Part shown: positions 44,115 through 54,617 of the stretch, piece by piece
Position numbering within the stretch: position 1 is the stretch's first letter
Layout: every line of letters begins with the position of its first letter
DNA from: Desulfosudaceae bacterium
Lineage (GTDB): Bacteria > Desulfobacterota > Desulfobacteria > Desulfobacterales > Desulfosudaceae
Direction: 5' to 3'
Assembly (NCBI GenBank): GCA_963674745.2
Contig: CAXXDV010000001.1
Span: 2,528,001 to 2,592,000, forward strand
DNA length: 64,000 nucleotides
The notes under the pieces: generated by a model
What the model was told of the DNA's origin: nothing
What the model saw: the letters and a program-made list of their open reading frames with translations, nothing else
The model's database searches: none
Made by a program: the position numbers and the translations under genes

Positions 44115-45429
44115 TTATCGAAAAGGTCGCCCCTCCCTTGGGAAATACGGCAACGCTGGCCCGGGGCCCCAGTCGTTTTGCCCCGGCGTTGATGACGTCC
44201 TGGGGCGTGCCGGTATATCCTTCAAAAAAGAAAAGCGCCTTTATGGTTTCTGTTGTCAGGGACGGCACAAAAAGCAGAACTTCATACTGCCGAATCAGCT
44301 GCATGGTGTAATAATAAAGGAATCGTTCTTCTTCGTTTAACCCCTTTCTGGTCATGTTCAGGAATGTGTAAACCCGGGAAGGTCCGATAATTCGCAGGAT
44401 TTTTTTCACCAGCGGCAGGGGCAGCGGCGGTTTTTTCGGCATGGGGATATCGTCCAGGCCTCTTTCCGCCCTTAGAAATCCCATGACCGTGCCACCCGGT
44501 TTGAGGGCCGGCAGGGCGTTTCCCACACATTTCATGCTCTGCTTGAAATTAATATCCATGGGATGAGCGTTGACGATAATTCCGTCCACCTGCCTGTCCA
44601 GCATCAACCCCGAGTGGCGCTGGTTAAAGCGGACACCCTCACGGTGGGCGGCAACAGGGTCACCCGCGAAACAGGCGATGATGCTTCCCTGGTGATTCAG
44701 GGCGACGTTAAGGCAGAAGATATCGGCCGTGATCATCTGCCGGCATTCTTCAAGATCCAGGCGGAAAGAATTTTTATCCGGCAACATGCCGACCCGATTA
44801 GGCTGGTAGGGCGGTTCGGTAAGAATTTCGTGGTGTTTCCCGATGGTCTCGGCTGATGCCACGCCAGGCAGGATGTTTTTCATGCCGCCCCCGAATCCGG
44901 CCATCAGGTGCGGCTCGATCAATCCGATGAGCACGATAAAATCAGCGTCCCGGAGATGGCGGTTCAGATAAACCGGGGTGCCACGGCGTGTTTTGCCCAT
45001 ATACACGTTAGCCTCGGGATCAAAGGCCCGGTGATTTTCCCAGGCAATACGGGACAGATTGTCTTTCCCTGTTTTTTCGGCCATTTCCGTTTCAGACATG
45101 GGGGTATGGATTCCCAGGGCGGGGATCATCAGCATATTGTCTGGTGTGCCCCCGGCCACAATCAGCGCATCCAGGATAAGGTGAAAAAAACGGTCGGCCG
45201 GTGTCGGACGGGTATTGTCATCCACAATAATGACGATTTTTTTGCCGGACAACCGTTTTTGGGACAAGGGCTCTGAGCCGACCGGCTGATGCAAAGCGTT
45301 GCTGACGATAGTTGCTTCGTCGTTCCCGTCGGCAGGCGGTGGGTCGAATGTTTCCGGGGTGATAACGTTCCAGGTGTCGGGCAGGTCCAGAGACAGTGTC
45401 GTTTCATCCCAGGGGAGTTCAATACGCAT
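44107..45429 (-). CDS. LarA (nickel-dependent lactate racemase) family protein
   Basis: DDNTRPTP, ALGIH, GKTRRGTPV and IEPHLMAGFGGGMKNILPGVA. Confidence 0.85.
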   Translation of the reverse strand: MRIELPWDETTLSLDLPDTWNVITPETFDPPPADGNDEATIVSNALHQPVGSEPLSQKRLSGKKIVIIVDDNTRPTPADRFFHLILDALIVAGGTPDNMLMIPALGIHTPMSETEMAEKTGKDNLSRIAWENHRAFDPEANVYMGKTRRGTPVYLNRHLRDADFIVLIGLIEPHLMAGFGGGMKNILPGVASAETIGKHHEILTEPPYQPNRVGMLPDKNSFRLDLEECRQMITADIFCLNVALNHQGSIIACFAGDPVAAHREGVRFNQRHSGLMLDRQVDGIIVNAHPMDINFKQSMKCVGNALPALKPGGTVMGFLRAERGLDDIPMPKKPPLPLPLVKKILRIIGPSRVYTFLNMTRKGLNEEERFLYYYTMQLIRQYEVLLFVPSLTTETIKALFFFEGYTGTPQDVINAGAKRLGPRASVAVFPKGGATFSIIE

Positions 45430-45621
45430 GGATATCGCCTCAACTGATCTTTTAAGTTTGAATTTATTTGAATTTTACCAGCCACAGGCGATGGGGACAA
45501 GGATTATCAGACGGGATCTTCAATTTAGGCATGTCCGGATGGCGGTAAATTAACTTGACATGGCCGCTGGCCATATCATACCGTTTTCACATTTTAATAA
45601 CTTCAAAACATACCGGGCCCA

Positions 45622-46614
45622 ATGGTAACGTTTTCTTTAATTATTCCGGTCGCTCCGGGAAGAGAAGCGGAGATCCTTTCATCGATCCGCAGGCTTGACT
45701 ATCCTGAGTCGGCTTATGAAGTCGTGGTCGTCAGAGGAACCAACCCTTCTGCCAATCGAAACCGGGGGGCGGATCAGGCGCTGGGTGGTATTCTTGTTTT
45801 TCTGGATGACGATGCTTCTATTCCGACCGATTATCTTCAGCAGGCGGAGGCGTTTTTTGTAAAATATCCGGCGGTAGATATCGTCGGCGGCCCCCAACTG
45901 ACGTCGAAAGAGGACAAGTCTTTTTCAAAGATCAGCTGGTACGCGCTTTCTTCAATTTTCGGCGCCTGGAAAGTATCACACCGCTACTCGGTCAGAAGAA
46001 CCCGGCTCAATGTGGACGAGACAGCTGTTTCATCGGCCAATTTGCTTTGCCGGAAACAGGTCTTGGCGAGAACACGTTTTGACACGCGACTGTTCCCCGG
46101 AGAGGATCCTAAATTTATTGCAGATGCCAGAAAAGCGGGATTTAAGATCGCCTATTCGCCGAAAATTTTATTGTACCATCGCCGGAGGCCGACGCTGGGT
46201 AGGCTCGTGCAACAGGTTTTTACTTATGGCAAAACCAGACCGCAGAAAGAGACCATCCAGGAAACAATGAAAATGCCATTTTTTTTTGTCCCCACCCTGT
46301 TTCTTCTTTACCTGCTGACGCTTGGCTCTTTGATATTAATTAAACCACAACTTCCGGGAATAACCCTGACCAGAAGCAACGGGCTCATGGGGCTGTCCTC
46401 GACAGGGGCAATGGTTTTGTTTCCCCTCATGTCATACCTTTTATCAGCGGTTTTCTTCAGTATATATGATGCGGCCAAAAATCGGGACCATAAAGCCCTT
46501 TTTATCCTTCCTTTTATTTATCCGGCTATTCACCTGAGTTACGGATCGGGCATGCTCTGGGGTTATATACGTAAAATCAAATTTGGTCGGGTAACCGGAA
46601 TCCAAAGACATTAG
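45622..46614 (+). CDS. Glycosyltransferase family 2 with C-terminal TM helices
   Basis: FSLIIPV, NRNRG, FLDDD, GED, HRRR and YG. Confidence 0.9.
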   Translation: MVTFSLIIPVAPGREAEILSSIRRLDYPESAYEVVVVRGTNPSANRNRGADQALGGILVFLDDDASIPTDYLQQAEAFFVKYPAVDIVGGPQLTSKEDKSFSKISWYALSSIFGAWKVSHRYSVRRTRLNVDETAVSSANLLCRKQVLARTRFDTRLFPGEDPKFIADARKAGFKIAYSPKILLYHRRRPTLGRLVQQVFTYGKTRPQKETIQETMKMPFFFVPTLFLLYLLTLGSLILIKPQLPGITLTRSNGLMGLSSTGAMVLFPLMSYLLSAVFFSIYDAAKNRDHKALFILPFIYPAIHLSYGSGMLWGYIRKIKFGRVTGIQRH

Positions 46615-46618
46615 TGTT

Positions 46619-48103
46619 ATGAAAATCCTAATAGGCTATCCGCCTTCCGAATCTCCAGGAGGCACACCGACATTGGGGCAGAACCGGCAATTCCAATGGT
46701 TTTCCAATCCCTGCCTGATATTTCCCGTGATAATGGCCGGTGCCGCAACCATGTTAAAGCAAAAGGGGCATGACGTTAAATGGGTTGATGCGGTGGCCGA
46801 AGGGCTGAACAAACAACAGTATTTTAAGATCATCCAAAATTACCAACCCGACCTTATCGCCTTTGAGACGAAAACACCGGTCATCAGGCAACACTGGTCG
46901 CTGATTAATGAAATAAAAGACCTCCTGCCCGACACCAGGGTGGTTGTTATGGGCGACCATGTCACGTTCAATCCCCGTGAGACAATGGAGAATTCCGCGG
47001 TTGATTATGTTTTGCGGGGTGGGAATTATGACTTTTCGCTAAGCTCCCTGGTCGACTATTTCGTCGGTTCAACGGATGCCATGCCTCCGGGATTTTTTTA
47101 CCGGGATTCAGGACGCATTGAATCAAGCGGAGAATTCAGGCTTGATCATGATCTGGACAAAGCCCCCCTGATTGATCGTGAACTTGCCAGATGGCGGCTT
47201 TATGACCGGGAATACAATTTGATGGGCAAACCCTATTTTTATATCATGAGCGGCCGGGATTGCTGGTGGGGAAAATGCCGTTTCTGTTCCTGGTCCCTCT
47301 TATATCCGGAATTCAGGCACAGAAGTGTGGGCAGTGTACTTGAAGAGATCGAACATCTGGTCGCGCGATATGGTGCCAGGGAAATATTCGATGACGCCGG
47401 GACAATGATGACCGGGGACTGGTTGAGGCAGTTGTGCCAGGGGCTGATCAAAAGAGACCTTAATAAAAAAGTATATTATTCATGCAATATGCGTTTTGGG
47501 ACGTTGAAACAGACGGATTACGATTTAATGAAAAAGGCGGGCTTCCGGTTGCTCAAATTCGGCCTGGAATCAGCCCGCCAGGAAACGCTCGACAGGCTGG
47601 GGAAAGGCTTTCGTGTGTCTGATATTGAAGACGGCTGCCGGATGGCGCATAAGGCCGGCCTGACCATTCATTTGACCATGATGGTCGGTTACCCATGGGA
47701 AACGAGAGATGATGCCATGAACACCTTTAAGCTCGCCGGGCGGTTGATGAAGAGCGGTCTGGCGGATCTGCTGCAGGCGACAGTTCTGATCCCTTATCCC
47801 GGCACCCCACTGTGGCATGAGGCCCGGGAAAAAGGCTGGTTCCTGTTTGATCATCTGGCCTATGAGCGGTATGACATGACGGAACCGGTTTTAAGAACAA
47901 AAGACGGGGATCCTGAGGCGGTGGCCCGGATTTGCGGCCGGATATATACGGTTTTTTTAAACCCCGTCTATATATACCGGCGGCTGTCACGGATCAGGTC
48001 TAAGGAATCGCTTCTGTTTCACTTAAGAGGTCTCAGGGCCGTCCGGGGACACCTGAACGATTTTTTGATCAGAAACAGGTTTATTAACCGTCATGTACAA
48101 TAA
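46619..48103 (+). CDS. B12-binding radical SAM protein (HpnJ-like architecture)
   Basis: N-terminal B12-type domain (MGDHVT), GRDCWWGKCRFC, FDD, FGLES, MVGYPWET and PYPGT. Confidence 0.88.
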   Translation: MKILIGYPPSESPGGTPTLGQNRQFQWFSNPCLIFPVIMAGAATMLKQKGHDVKWVDAVAEGLNKQQYFKIIQNYQPDLIAFETKTPVIRQHWSLINEIKDLLPDTRVVVMGDHVTFNPRETMENSAVDYVLRGGNYDFSLSSLVDYFVGSTDAMPPGFFYRDSGRIESSGEFRLDHDLDKAPLIDRELARWRLYDREYNLMGKPYFYIMSGRDCWWGKCRFCSWSLLYPEFRHRSVGSVLEEIEHLVARYGAREIFDDAGTMMTGDWLRQLCQGLIKRDLNKKVYYSCNMRFGTLKQTDYDLMKKAGFRLLKFGLESARQETLDRLGKGFRVSDIEDGCRMAHKAGLTIHLTMMVGYPWETRDDAMNTFKLAGRLMKSGLADLLQATVLIPYPGTPLWHEAREKGWFLFDHLAYERYDMTEPVLRTKDGDPEAVARICGRIYTVFLNPVYIYRRLSRIRSKESLLFHLRGLRAVRGHLNDFLIRNRFINRHVQ

Positions 48104-49133
48104 GATAAAATATTCTTTTTTGAAGAACAGGCTGAAAACGCCGATTTATCTTATTTTTTTTGTTACCAGCAAGTGCAACGGGTCATGTCGGCACTGTTTT
48201 TATCACCAGGAGTTAAACAGTGCGGTTGATGACCTTTCCCTGGCGGAAATCGACACCTTTTCAAGCCGGATGGGAAAACTGGTCTGGTTGAGTTATTCCG
48301 GCGGCGAGCCGTTCTTAAGAGACGACCTGTATGAAACCTACCGGATATTTGTCAAAAATAATGCCGTCGACCATATTGCCATCCCAACCAACGGCATACT
48401 GACGGACCGGATTTATGACGTCTGCCGGCAAATCCTGGAGGACAACCGGGTCAGGTCGCTGACCCTTAACCTGTCCCTGGACGGTCCACTGGAAATACAT
48501 GAAAAAACCAGGGGTGCCGGGAGTTATGACCATCTGATCCGGACTTATCAGGCCCTTGCCCCTTTGAAAGAAAAGTATCAACAGTTCAGCATCATGGCCG
48601 CAACGATATTAACCCGGCAGAACTATGCTTATATAAACCAGCTTGATGAACAGATAAGGACGCAGATGCCCGGCGTGGATTATCATAATTTTGAAATTGC
48701 CAGAGGCTTTCCCCCGGATAACGGGTTTAGAGCACCTGGAACAGAAGAACTGAAGCAGATACGGGAAAAAATTTTTGCCGTATGGAAACGCTATGATTAT
48801 TATGCCTCTCCGCTTCAGGCCAGGATCGCCGACAGGGCCAAGAAAATACTTTATGATCAATATATTGATATCCTGGAGGGGGAAAAACAGCCCTGGCCCT
48901 GCCTGGCGGGTTCGGTTCACGCGGTAGTCGACTATAAAGGGGATGTGTCTTTCTGTGAAGGCCTGCCGGCGCTCGGCAACTTGCGAAAGCAGTCATTCCT
49001 TGATATCTGGGGGTCTGATGAGGCCGACACCTTGAGGTCGAAGGTTAAAAACAACTGTTCCTGCTGTCATTCCTGTTTTCAGATTACCAATCTGATTTTC
49101 TGCCATAAATACTGGCCCCGGCTGATAATATGA
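48093..49133 (+). CDS. Radical SAM protein with a SPASM/twitch-like domain
   Basis: CNGSCRHC, SGGEPFLR and SLDG; C-terminal CLAG...GDVSFC...GNL...CSCCHSC. Confidence 0.9.
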   Translation: MYNKIKYSFLKNRLKTPIYLIFFVTSKCNGSCRHCFYHQELNSAVDDLSLAEIDTFSSRMGKLVWLSYSGGEPFLRDDLYETYRIFVKNNAVDHIAIPTNGILTDRIYDVCRQILEDNRVRSLTLNLSLDGPLEIHEKTRGAGSYDHLIRTYQALAPLKEKYQQFSIMAATILTRQNYAYINQLDEQIRTQMPGVDYHNFEIARGFPPDNGFRAPGTEELKQIREKIFAVWKRYDYYASPLQARIADRAKKILYDQYIDILEGEKQPWPCLAGSVHAVVDYKGDVSFCEGLPALGNLRKQSFLDIWGSDEADTLRSKVKNNCSCCHSCFQITNLIFCHKYWPRLII

Positions 49134-49148
49134 AAGTGTCGTAAAGAT

Positions 49149-50234
49149 ATGAAGATTGTTGTTCTCTCATCCCTGGCACAAGACAGCGGCTGCCATCTGA
49201 GGGCGCGATATATGGCTGACGCCCTGAAGCCAATGGCTGATGTCCGGTACATGGAACCGTTGTCCAGGTCTTTACCGTTTATGGTGGATATGGCGCTTTC
49301 CGTACCTTACAACATCATCAGGGTTTTACTGTCGGACGGGGATGTGTATATCGGTATAAAACCGTTTCCTAATGTGACCCTGCCGCTGATCATCAAAAAG
49401 ATGCTGACCGGTAAAAAAATCGTAGTAGATATTGATGATTTTGACGCCGGTTACCGCAAAGGCTGGTTACGGGCGGTCAGTCACCTGGTTCAAAAACCGT
49501 TCCCTGCTTTTTTTGATTTGATTACCTATCACAACCAACGGCTTGGCCCCTATATTCAGCGGACTTTTTCCGTTAACGGCGAGCGGCTTTACCGGCTGGA
49601 GCAGGGGGTTGACACATCTGTATTTACGCCCGGGCGGTTTAATCGGAGGTTACGCCGACAGTTTCCGGAGAACCACAAAATTATCGTTTACACCGGGCAC
49701 TTGAACGCGGCTTCGGATCTGGAGAAGATCATCAGGGCCATGAAAATCGTTTTACAGGGTGTGCCGGCCACGTTTATCGTGGCCGGGGGCGGCCCTGATG
49801 AAAAGCGTTTTAGAGCATGCGCCCGAAAAGCCGGTGTACCTGTTCATTTTACCGGGCGGATCAGTAATATCCGGGCGGCTTCCTATGTCGCCATAGCGGA
49901 CATATGCCTTGTTTATTACAGGGATATTTCGGTAAATTGGTACAGGTCTTCCATGAAGTTGCGAGAATGCCTGGCCATGGACAAGAAAGTGGTTACGGAC
50001 AGCGTGGGGGAATTGAAACAATTTAAAGCGTATACGTACCAGGCAGAACCCGATATAGTCGCTTATGCCGAAAAGATAATAGCTGTCTTGACCGGTCCAA
50101 CGGATCAGCGGGAAAGGGCCGGTGGTGATTACATCAGGAATTCGTATGATTGGAAAACGCTGGGGAAGATGTTTTATAAAAGACTGGACCTGATCAGCGA
50201 CCCAAAACCATTTGATAGCCAGCAAAACGCATAA
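49149..50234 (+). CDS. Glycosyltransferase family 4 (GT-B)
   Basis: VVDIDD, GVDTSVF, IVYTGHL, VAGGGP and SMKLRECLA. Confidence 0.85.
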   Translation: MKIVVLSSLAQDSGCHLRARYMADALKPMADVRYMEPLSRSLPFMVDMALSVPYNIIRVLLSDGDVYIGIKPFPNVTLPLIIKKMLTGKKIVVDIDDFDAGYRKGWLRAVSHLVQKPFPAFFDLITYHNQRLGPYIQRTFSVNGERLYRLEQGVDTSVFTPGRFNRRLRRQFPENHKIIVYTGHLNAASDLEKIIRAMKIVLQGVPATFIVAGGGPDEKRFRACARKAGVPVHFTGRISNIRAASYVAIADICLVYYRDISVNWYRSSMKLRECLAMDKKVVTDSVGELKQFKAYTYQAEPDIVAYAEKIIAVLTGPTDQRERAGGDYIRNSYDWKTLGKMFYKRLDLISDPKPFDSQQNA

Positions 50235-50346
50235 GCATGAATGATCCAGATAAAATATGATTGATCAAACCACCCTGGAGAGCGGCATCTTTTTAACAGA
50301 ATGCCTTCCAGAAACATTTAACGGAATTTTCAAGGGGTAAACGGGA

Positions 50347-51078
50347 TTGGATGAAAAAAATCGAAACAGTAGCATAAAGCGTCGTATCGATTTTATAAAG
50401 ACGCATCCTGTCTGGCGATCTCAATATACCGTTTTTGTGAAGGCTGTTTCGCAATTGCAGATTCCGCCGGAATCAACCGGCCTGTCTGTTTCCTGTGGAG
50501 ACGGGACCTGGGATTTTTTGGCTGTTTCCTCTAATCATAACCTGGACCGCCTTATCGCCACCGATGTGACTGATTGCCCTGTCAGCAAGGTGGATGTAAA
50601 AATGCTGCAGACAAAGACCGCCTGGTCTTTTCATCGGGTAGAACCGGACACTGTATTGCCCGTCGATGATGATTGCTGCCAACTGGTTCTTCACCAGGAT
50701 GTACTTGAGCATACAACAAAGCCTTTTCTGCTCTTGAAGGAGAATCACAGGGTTTTGAGGCAGGGTGGATTTCTTCTGTGCGGCACGCCGAACATCTTTC
50801 GCCCGGCGAACATAGCAAAGCTTCTAATCGGAAAATTGAGTTTCCCGTGTGTTCTGCCTCGAGATGTTTCGGTAATGTCTGGCGGTATGACGCATGTTCA
50901 GGAATTTAACCAATATCAGTTACGAACGATGCTGGAGGAAAGCGGATTTAAGGTTTTGTCTATGATTCATTGTTTTTTCGGGATCAGTTTTTTCAAAGTC
51001 AACTTTTGTGATTTTCCGAACGGCAACCTGGGCAGAAATTTATGCCAATATATTTTTTGTGTTGCACAAAAATGTTAA
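50347..51078 (+). CDS. SAM-dependent methyltransferase (type 11-like)
   Basis: LSVSCGDG, DVLEH, HRVLRQGG, TPN and HVQEF. Confidence 0.75.
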   Translation: MDEKNRNSSIKRRIDFIKTHPVWRSQYTVFVKAVSQLQIPPESTGLSVSCGDGTWDFLAVSSNHNLDRLIATDVTDCPVSKVDVKMLQTKTAWSFHRVEPDTVLPVDDDCCQLVLHQDVLEHTTKPFLLLKENHRVLRQGGFLLCGTPNIFRPANIAKLLIGKLSFPCVLPRDVSVMSGGMTHVQEFNQYQLRTMLEESGFKVLSMIHCFFGISFFKVNFCDFPNGNLGRNLCQYIFCVAQKC

Positions 51079-51097
51079 TGGCGCGTGCTTCATTTTT

Positions 51098-52594
51098 TCA
51101 TTTCAGATTTCCCTGGACCTGAGCGGCGATTTTACCGAAAAGTAACCATTCGTATCCTGTGGTAAACCAACGCTGTTTGAGACGGAAGAGAGCGTCATAG
51201 CGCAAAAAGAAACTCCCCAGCCACCAAAGCCATCTCCAGTACCAAGCGCCCAGTTTTTTGTTTTGAAAGAAGATCCCGTAGGAGTGGAACCGTTCATAAA
51301 TAAATAAAAAGAGAACAATCTTTGATAATACTGTCAAACGCTGTTTTGATGCTTGCGATAGCCAGGGAAGATTGACTGCGTCTGAAAACTGCCATTCTTG
51401 CCATGCTTCCAGATTGTCAAAAGGTGTGTATCCATATTTTTGGGCCTCGTCAAAAAGTGCGGTGCCCGGGTAGGGTGTAAAGAGGTACATTCCGTTGATT
51501 TCCACTATCGGTGAGATCGTTTTGAGGGCTTCATATAAGGTAATTGTTTTTTCCAGGTCTATTTCCTCTTCTCCCGGGATACCGATGACAAAGCTGAAGA
51601 CCGGAGTCATACCATGCCGAACGCAATTCTGAGCAGTTTTGACAATATCGGCGGTGGTGATATCTTTCTGTATTTTATCCAGTATGCGTTGGGAGCCGGA
51701 TTCAGCCCCGATGGCTATATATCTGAAACCTGCTTTGGCAAGTAAAGAAAGTTCTTGATCCGTATAGCTGGAAAAACAGTCCGCTCGGGCTTGAGTAAAA
51801 ATTTCAATTATCAATCCTTTGTCTAGAAGGTTTTTAGCAAAATCCAGTACACGTTGTTTGTCGGCAAAAAAATTATCATCACAGATAAAGAATTTATGAA
51901 GACCAAAATCTTTAATAATCTGCTGAATTTCATGAAGAGAATGCTGCAGGGGTTTGGCGCGCCATTGCCGACGATGAAATTTATGGACGTAACAGAAGCT
52001 GCACCGATAGGGGCAGCCCCGGCTGGTTTCAATGGTGAAATACTGGAAACTATCTTGATAATGGTGAAGTTCAATCAGGTCATAGGCGGGGATCGCCAGA
52101 TCCGCCATATTAAGAAAAGGGCGCTCTCTGTTGGATAACACGTGGTCGCGATTTTTGAAGACCAATCCGGGAATATCGGAAAACGGGGTTTTGTCGCGCA
52201 ACGCGCAAGCCAGTTCATAAAGAGTGATTTCGCCTTCACCCCGGACAATGAAATCCACCAGCTTGGATTGGCAGGTCTGATGAGGGAAAAAGGTCGGATG
52301 TGGTCCGCCCCAGACGATTGGCGCACAATGGTTTGCACGGATATGTCGGCAGATGGTAATCGCTGCCACCAACTGCTCCCCGGTTTTGACGGACAGTCCA
52401 ATCAGGTCGTAGTCATCGTAATTTAGATTTTGATAGCCGCTATTACTGAGCCGGGAGTCAAAAATATCTACCGCAATTCCTCGATCTCTCAGATAAGAGG
52501 CCAATACCAGTATTGAAAAAGGAATAGTGGGATTATGTTGCCTGCGTCCTGGAAATATTAATAGTACTTTCATGGATATCTTTTTCAATTTCAT
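51098..52594 (-). CDS. B12-binding radical SAM protein
   Basis: IVWGGPHPT, RGEGE, TSRGCPYRCSFC, DDNFF, IGAESGS and PYPGT. Confidence 0.92.
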   Translation of the reverse strand: MKLKKISMKVLLIFPGRRQHNPTIPFSILVLASYLRDRGIAVDIFDSRLSNSGYQNLNYDDYDLIGLSVKTGEQLVAAITICRHIRANHCAPIVWGGPHPTFFPHQTCQSKLVDFIVRGEGEITLYELACALRDKTPFSDIPGLVFKNRDHVLSNRERPFLNMADLAIPAYDLIELHHYQDSFQYFTIETSRGCPYRCSFCYVHKFHRRQWRAKPLQHSLHEIQQIIKDFGLHKFFICDDNFFADKQRVLDFAKNLLDKGLIIEIFTQARADCFSSYTDQELSLLAKAGFRYIAIGAESGSQRILDKIQKDITTADIVKTAQNCVRHGMTPVFSFVIGIPGEEEIDLEKTITLYEALKTISPIVEINGMYLFTPYPGTALFDEAQKYGYTPFDNLEAWQEWQFSDAVNLPWLSQASKQRLTVLSKIVLFLFIYERFHSYGIFFQNKKLGAWYWRWLWWLGSFFLRYDALFRLKQRWFTTGYEWLLFGKIAAQVQGNLK

Positions 52595-52834
52595 TTATGT
52601 CCAAAAATAAACGTTATTTATTGAACTTATTCTTCCTGTGGATAAAGTTGATTTTTATTGGCTAAAAAAATACCCCCAAGAAGGCATTAAGAAATGGTAT
52701 GATATGGGCGCCTTTTCAGTCAACTGCTTGCCGTTTTTGATCGTAATAAAATTGAAGAACCGGTTATGAGCAACAGGCCGGGAAAAATTTAAAAGCGTTT
52801 AAGCCCAATTTAGCCCCCTTGCCTTTTGACAAGT

Positions 52835-54604
52835 TCAGAGCCCAGTGACTTTGTCATCTGTATGCTGGGGCAAAGGATGTAATGTCTGCCCATTATTCTC
52901 TTTTAAACGCTCCATAATAAGCCGACGGTTTTTGATGGCCGTCTGATAACGATGGTTTTTTTTGATGGCCAGGTCGAGGTAAGATAAAGCCTTCAAGTAG
53001 TCTCCACGCTCATACATTATCAGAGCCAGATTGTTAAGGGTTTGAAAAAGATCGGGATTGATTTCCAGAGCCTTCCTGTATAGCGCTATGGCCTTATCCA
53101 CCTGTCCCGTTTGTGTCATTAAATCCGCCAGTCCATGACAGGCCGGAACGTAGTCTGGAGAAAGCCGCAGGGCTTTCTCATACTGTCGGCGTGCTTCTTC
53201 TGTCATGCCGGCAAAAGCCATGGCTTGGGCCAGTTTGGTAAGCCCCAGGGGGCTATCGGGGGAGAGCCGCAGAAACTGACGGTAGTGGTGGATGGCTTTG
53301 TCGAAATCCTTTTTTCCCATATAAACATCGCCCAGATTAACGTGGACTTTTTTATTGTCCGGATGAATGGATAGCGCATGAGTGAAAATGGATTCGCTGT
53401 TTTTCCAGTATCCGGTCTGCCGGTAAGCCAGGGGAATCAGCATGGACAAGATAATGATGCCGGTAAGCAGAAACAGGCCGCGACCGTATTTAAGCGGGAA
53501 AAGAGCTGATGACAGGCCAAAAGAAGCGATAACAAAAATACCGATTAACGGAATATACAGATGATGGTCTTCTACCGACCGGCCGGATAAAAAAATCATG
53601 AGTATAACCGGGGCTGAAGCCCCCCAGAACCAGAACCAGCCGGTGAAGATATATTTATGATTATGTGTTTTCAACATGATGGCCAGGGAGATCGCCAAAA
53701 ATACCCCCAGCAGGACTGCTGCGCCCCACATAGGGGCTGCCGGCGGCGCGGGACGGCATATGGCTAAATCGATCGGGTAAAATGTTTTTGTTAAATGGCC
53801 GACAAAGTCCATAATTGATCCGGGATGAAAACTCAAAGAAACAGGTGTCGCTCTTTGATATTGTCCTGTATAAAGAACTTTTTGAATTGTCCATAGGAGC
53901 GGGGGCAGGATCGCCAGGGGGATTTTTTCGACAAGCACCGGGTTCCGGCGAAATCCAAGCGTTAATTTTCTGATACCAACCCGATCCAGGCTGAAGCGGC
54001 GGAAAGGCCAATAGTCGAGAAGGAACAGTAGGAATGGCAGTATCGCAATTGTCGGTTTGCACATCAGTCCCAGAATAAAGGGTGGAAATAGAATCAGGTA
54101 CCATTTCAATACAGGGTTCCTGGCGTAAATGGCATAACAAAGTAAACAGATCATCAGGAAGAAGGCTTCCAGCAGACCGTTAAAACCGGCCAGCCAGCTG
54201 ACTGCTTCCACATTGATCGGATGGATTGTAAAAAGTAGTGCGCAGAATCCGCTTTCATATCTTTTTTTGGTGGTTAACCGAAGAAACAGAAAAAACATCA
54301 AGGCGATGGCCAGATGTAAATAAAGCGAAAATAAATGGTGCTTTCCCGGATTTGCACCGGGAAGATCCCATAACAACATTCTGACAATATAGGGAACTGG
54401 AACTTGGTAGGGGCTGTATTTTAAAGGATTATAGAATGCTTGACCGGCTTTTTCCAGGGAAAACCCGTTGGTTAAAAAAGGATCGAACATACTCAAAATA
54501 TCATCGTAAAAGATATAATCATAATTGCAAAGTTGTGCATATACGATTAATCCAATCGTGATAATCATCAGACATATAATTGTTTCAGGAAAATATCTTT
54601 TCAT
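52835..54604 (-). CDS. TMTC-like GT-C membrane glycosyltransferase with C-terminal TPRs
   Basis: FYDD after TM1; HLFSLYLH, HPINVEAVSW, KP, LLDYW, EKIP and LYIP; TPR tail. Confidence 0.8.
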   Translation of the reverse strand: MKRYFPETIICLMIITIGLIVYAQLCNYDYIFYDDILSMFDPFLTNGFSLEKAGQAFYNPLKYSPYQVPVPYIVRMLLWDLPGANPGKHHLFSLYLHLAIALMFFLFLRLTTKKRYESGFCALLFTIHPINVEAVSWLAGFNGLLEAFFLMICLLCYAIYARNPVLKWYLILFPPFILGLMCKPTIAILPFLLFLLDYWPFRRFSLDRVGIRKLTLGFRRNPVLVEKIPLAILPPLLWTIQKVLYTGQYQRATPVSLSFHPGSIMDFVGHLTKTFYPIDLAICRPAPPAAPMWGAAVLLGVFLAISLAIMLKTHNHKYIFTGWFWFWGASAPVILMIFLSGRSVEDHHLYIPLIGIFVIASFGLSSALFPLKYGRGLFLLTGIIILSMLIPLAYRQTGYWKNSESIFTHALSIHPDNKKVHVNLGDVYMGKKDFDKAIHHYRQFLRLSPDSPLGLTKLAQAMAFAGMTEEARRQYEKALRLSPDYVPACHGLADLMTQTGQVDKAIALYRKALEINPDLFQTLNNLALIMYERGDYLKALSYLDLAIKKNHRYQTAIKNRRLIMERLKENNGQTLHPLPQHTDDKVTGL

Positions 54605-54617
54605 ATCAGCTTATCCG

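Noticed and set aside
46619..48103. CX4CX2C spacing (CWWGKCRFC) as a novelty
   Set aside because: This spacing variant is common among B12-dependent radical SAM proteins.
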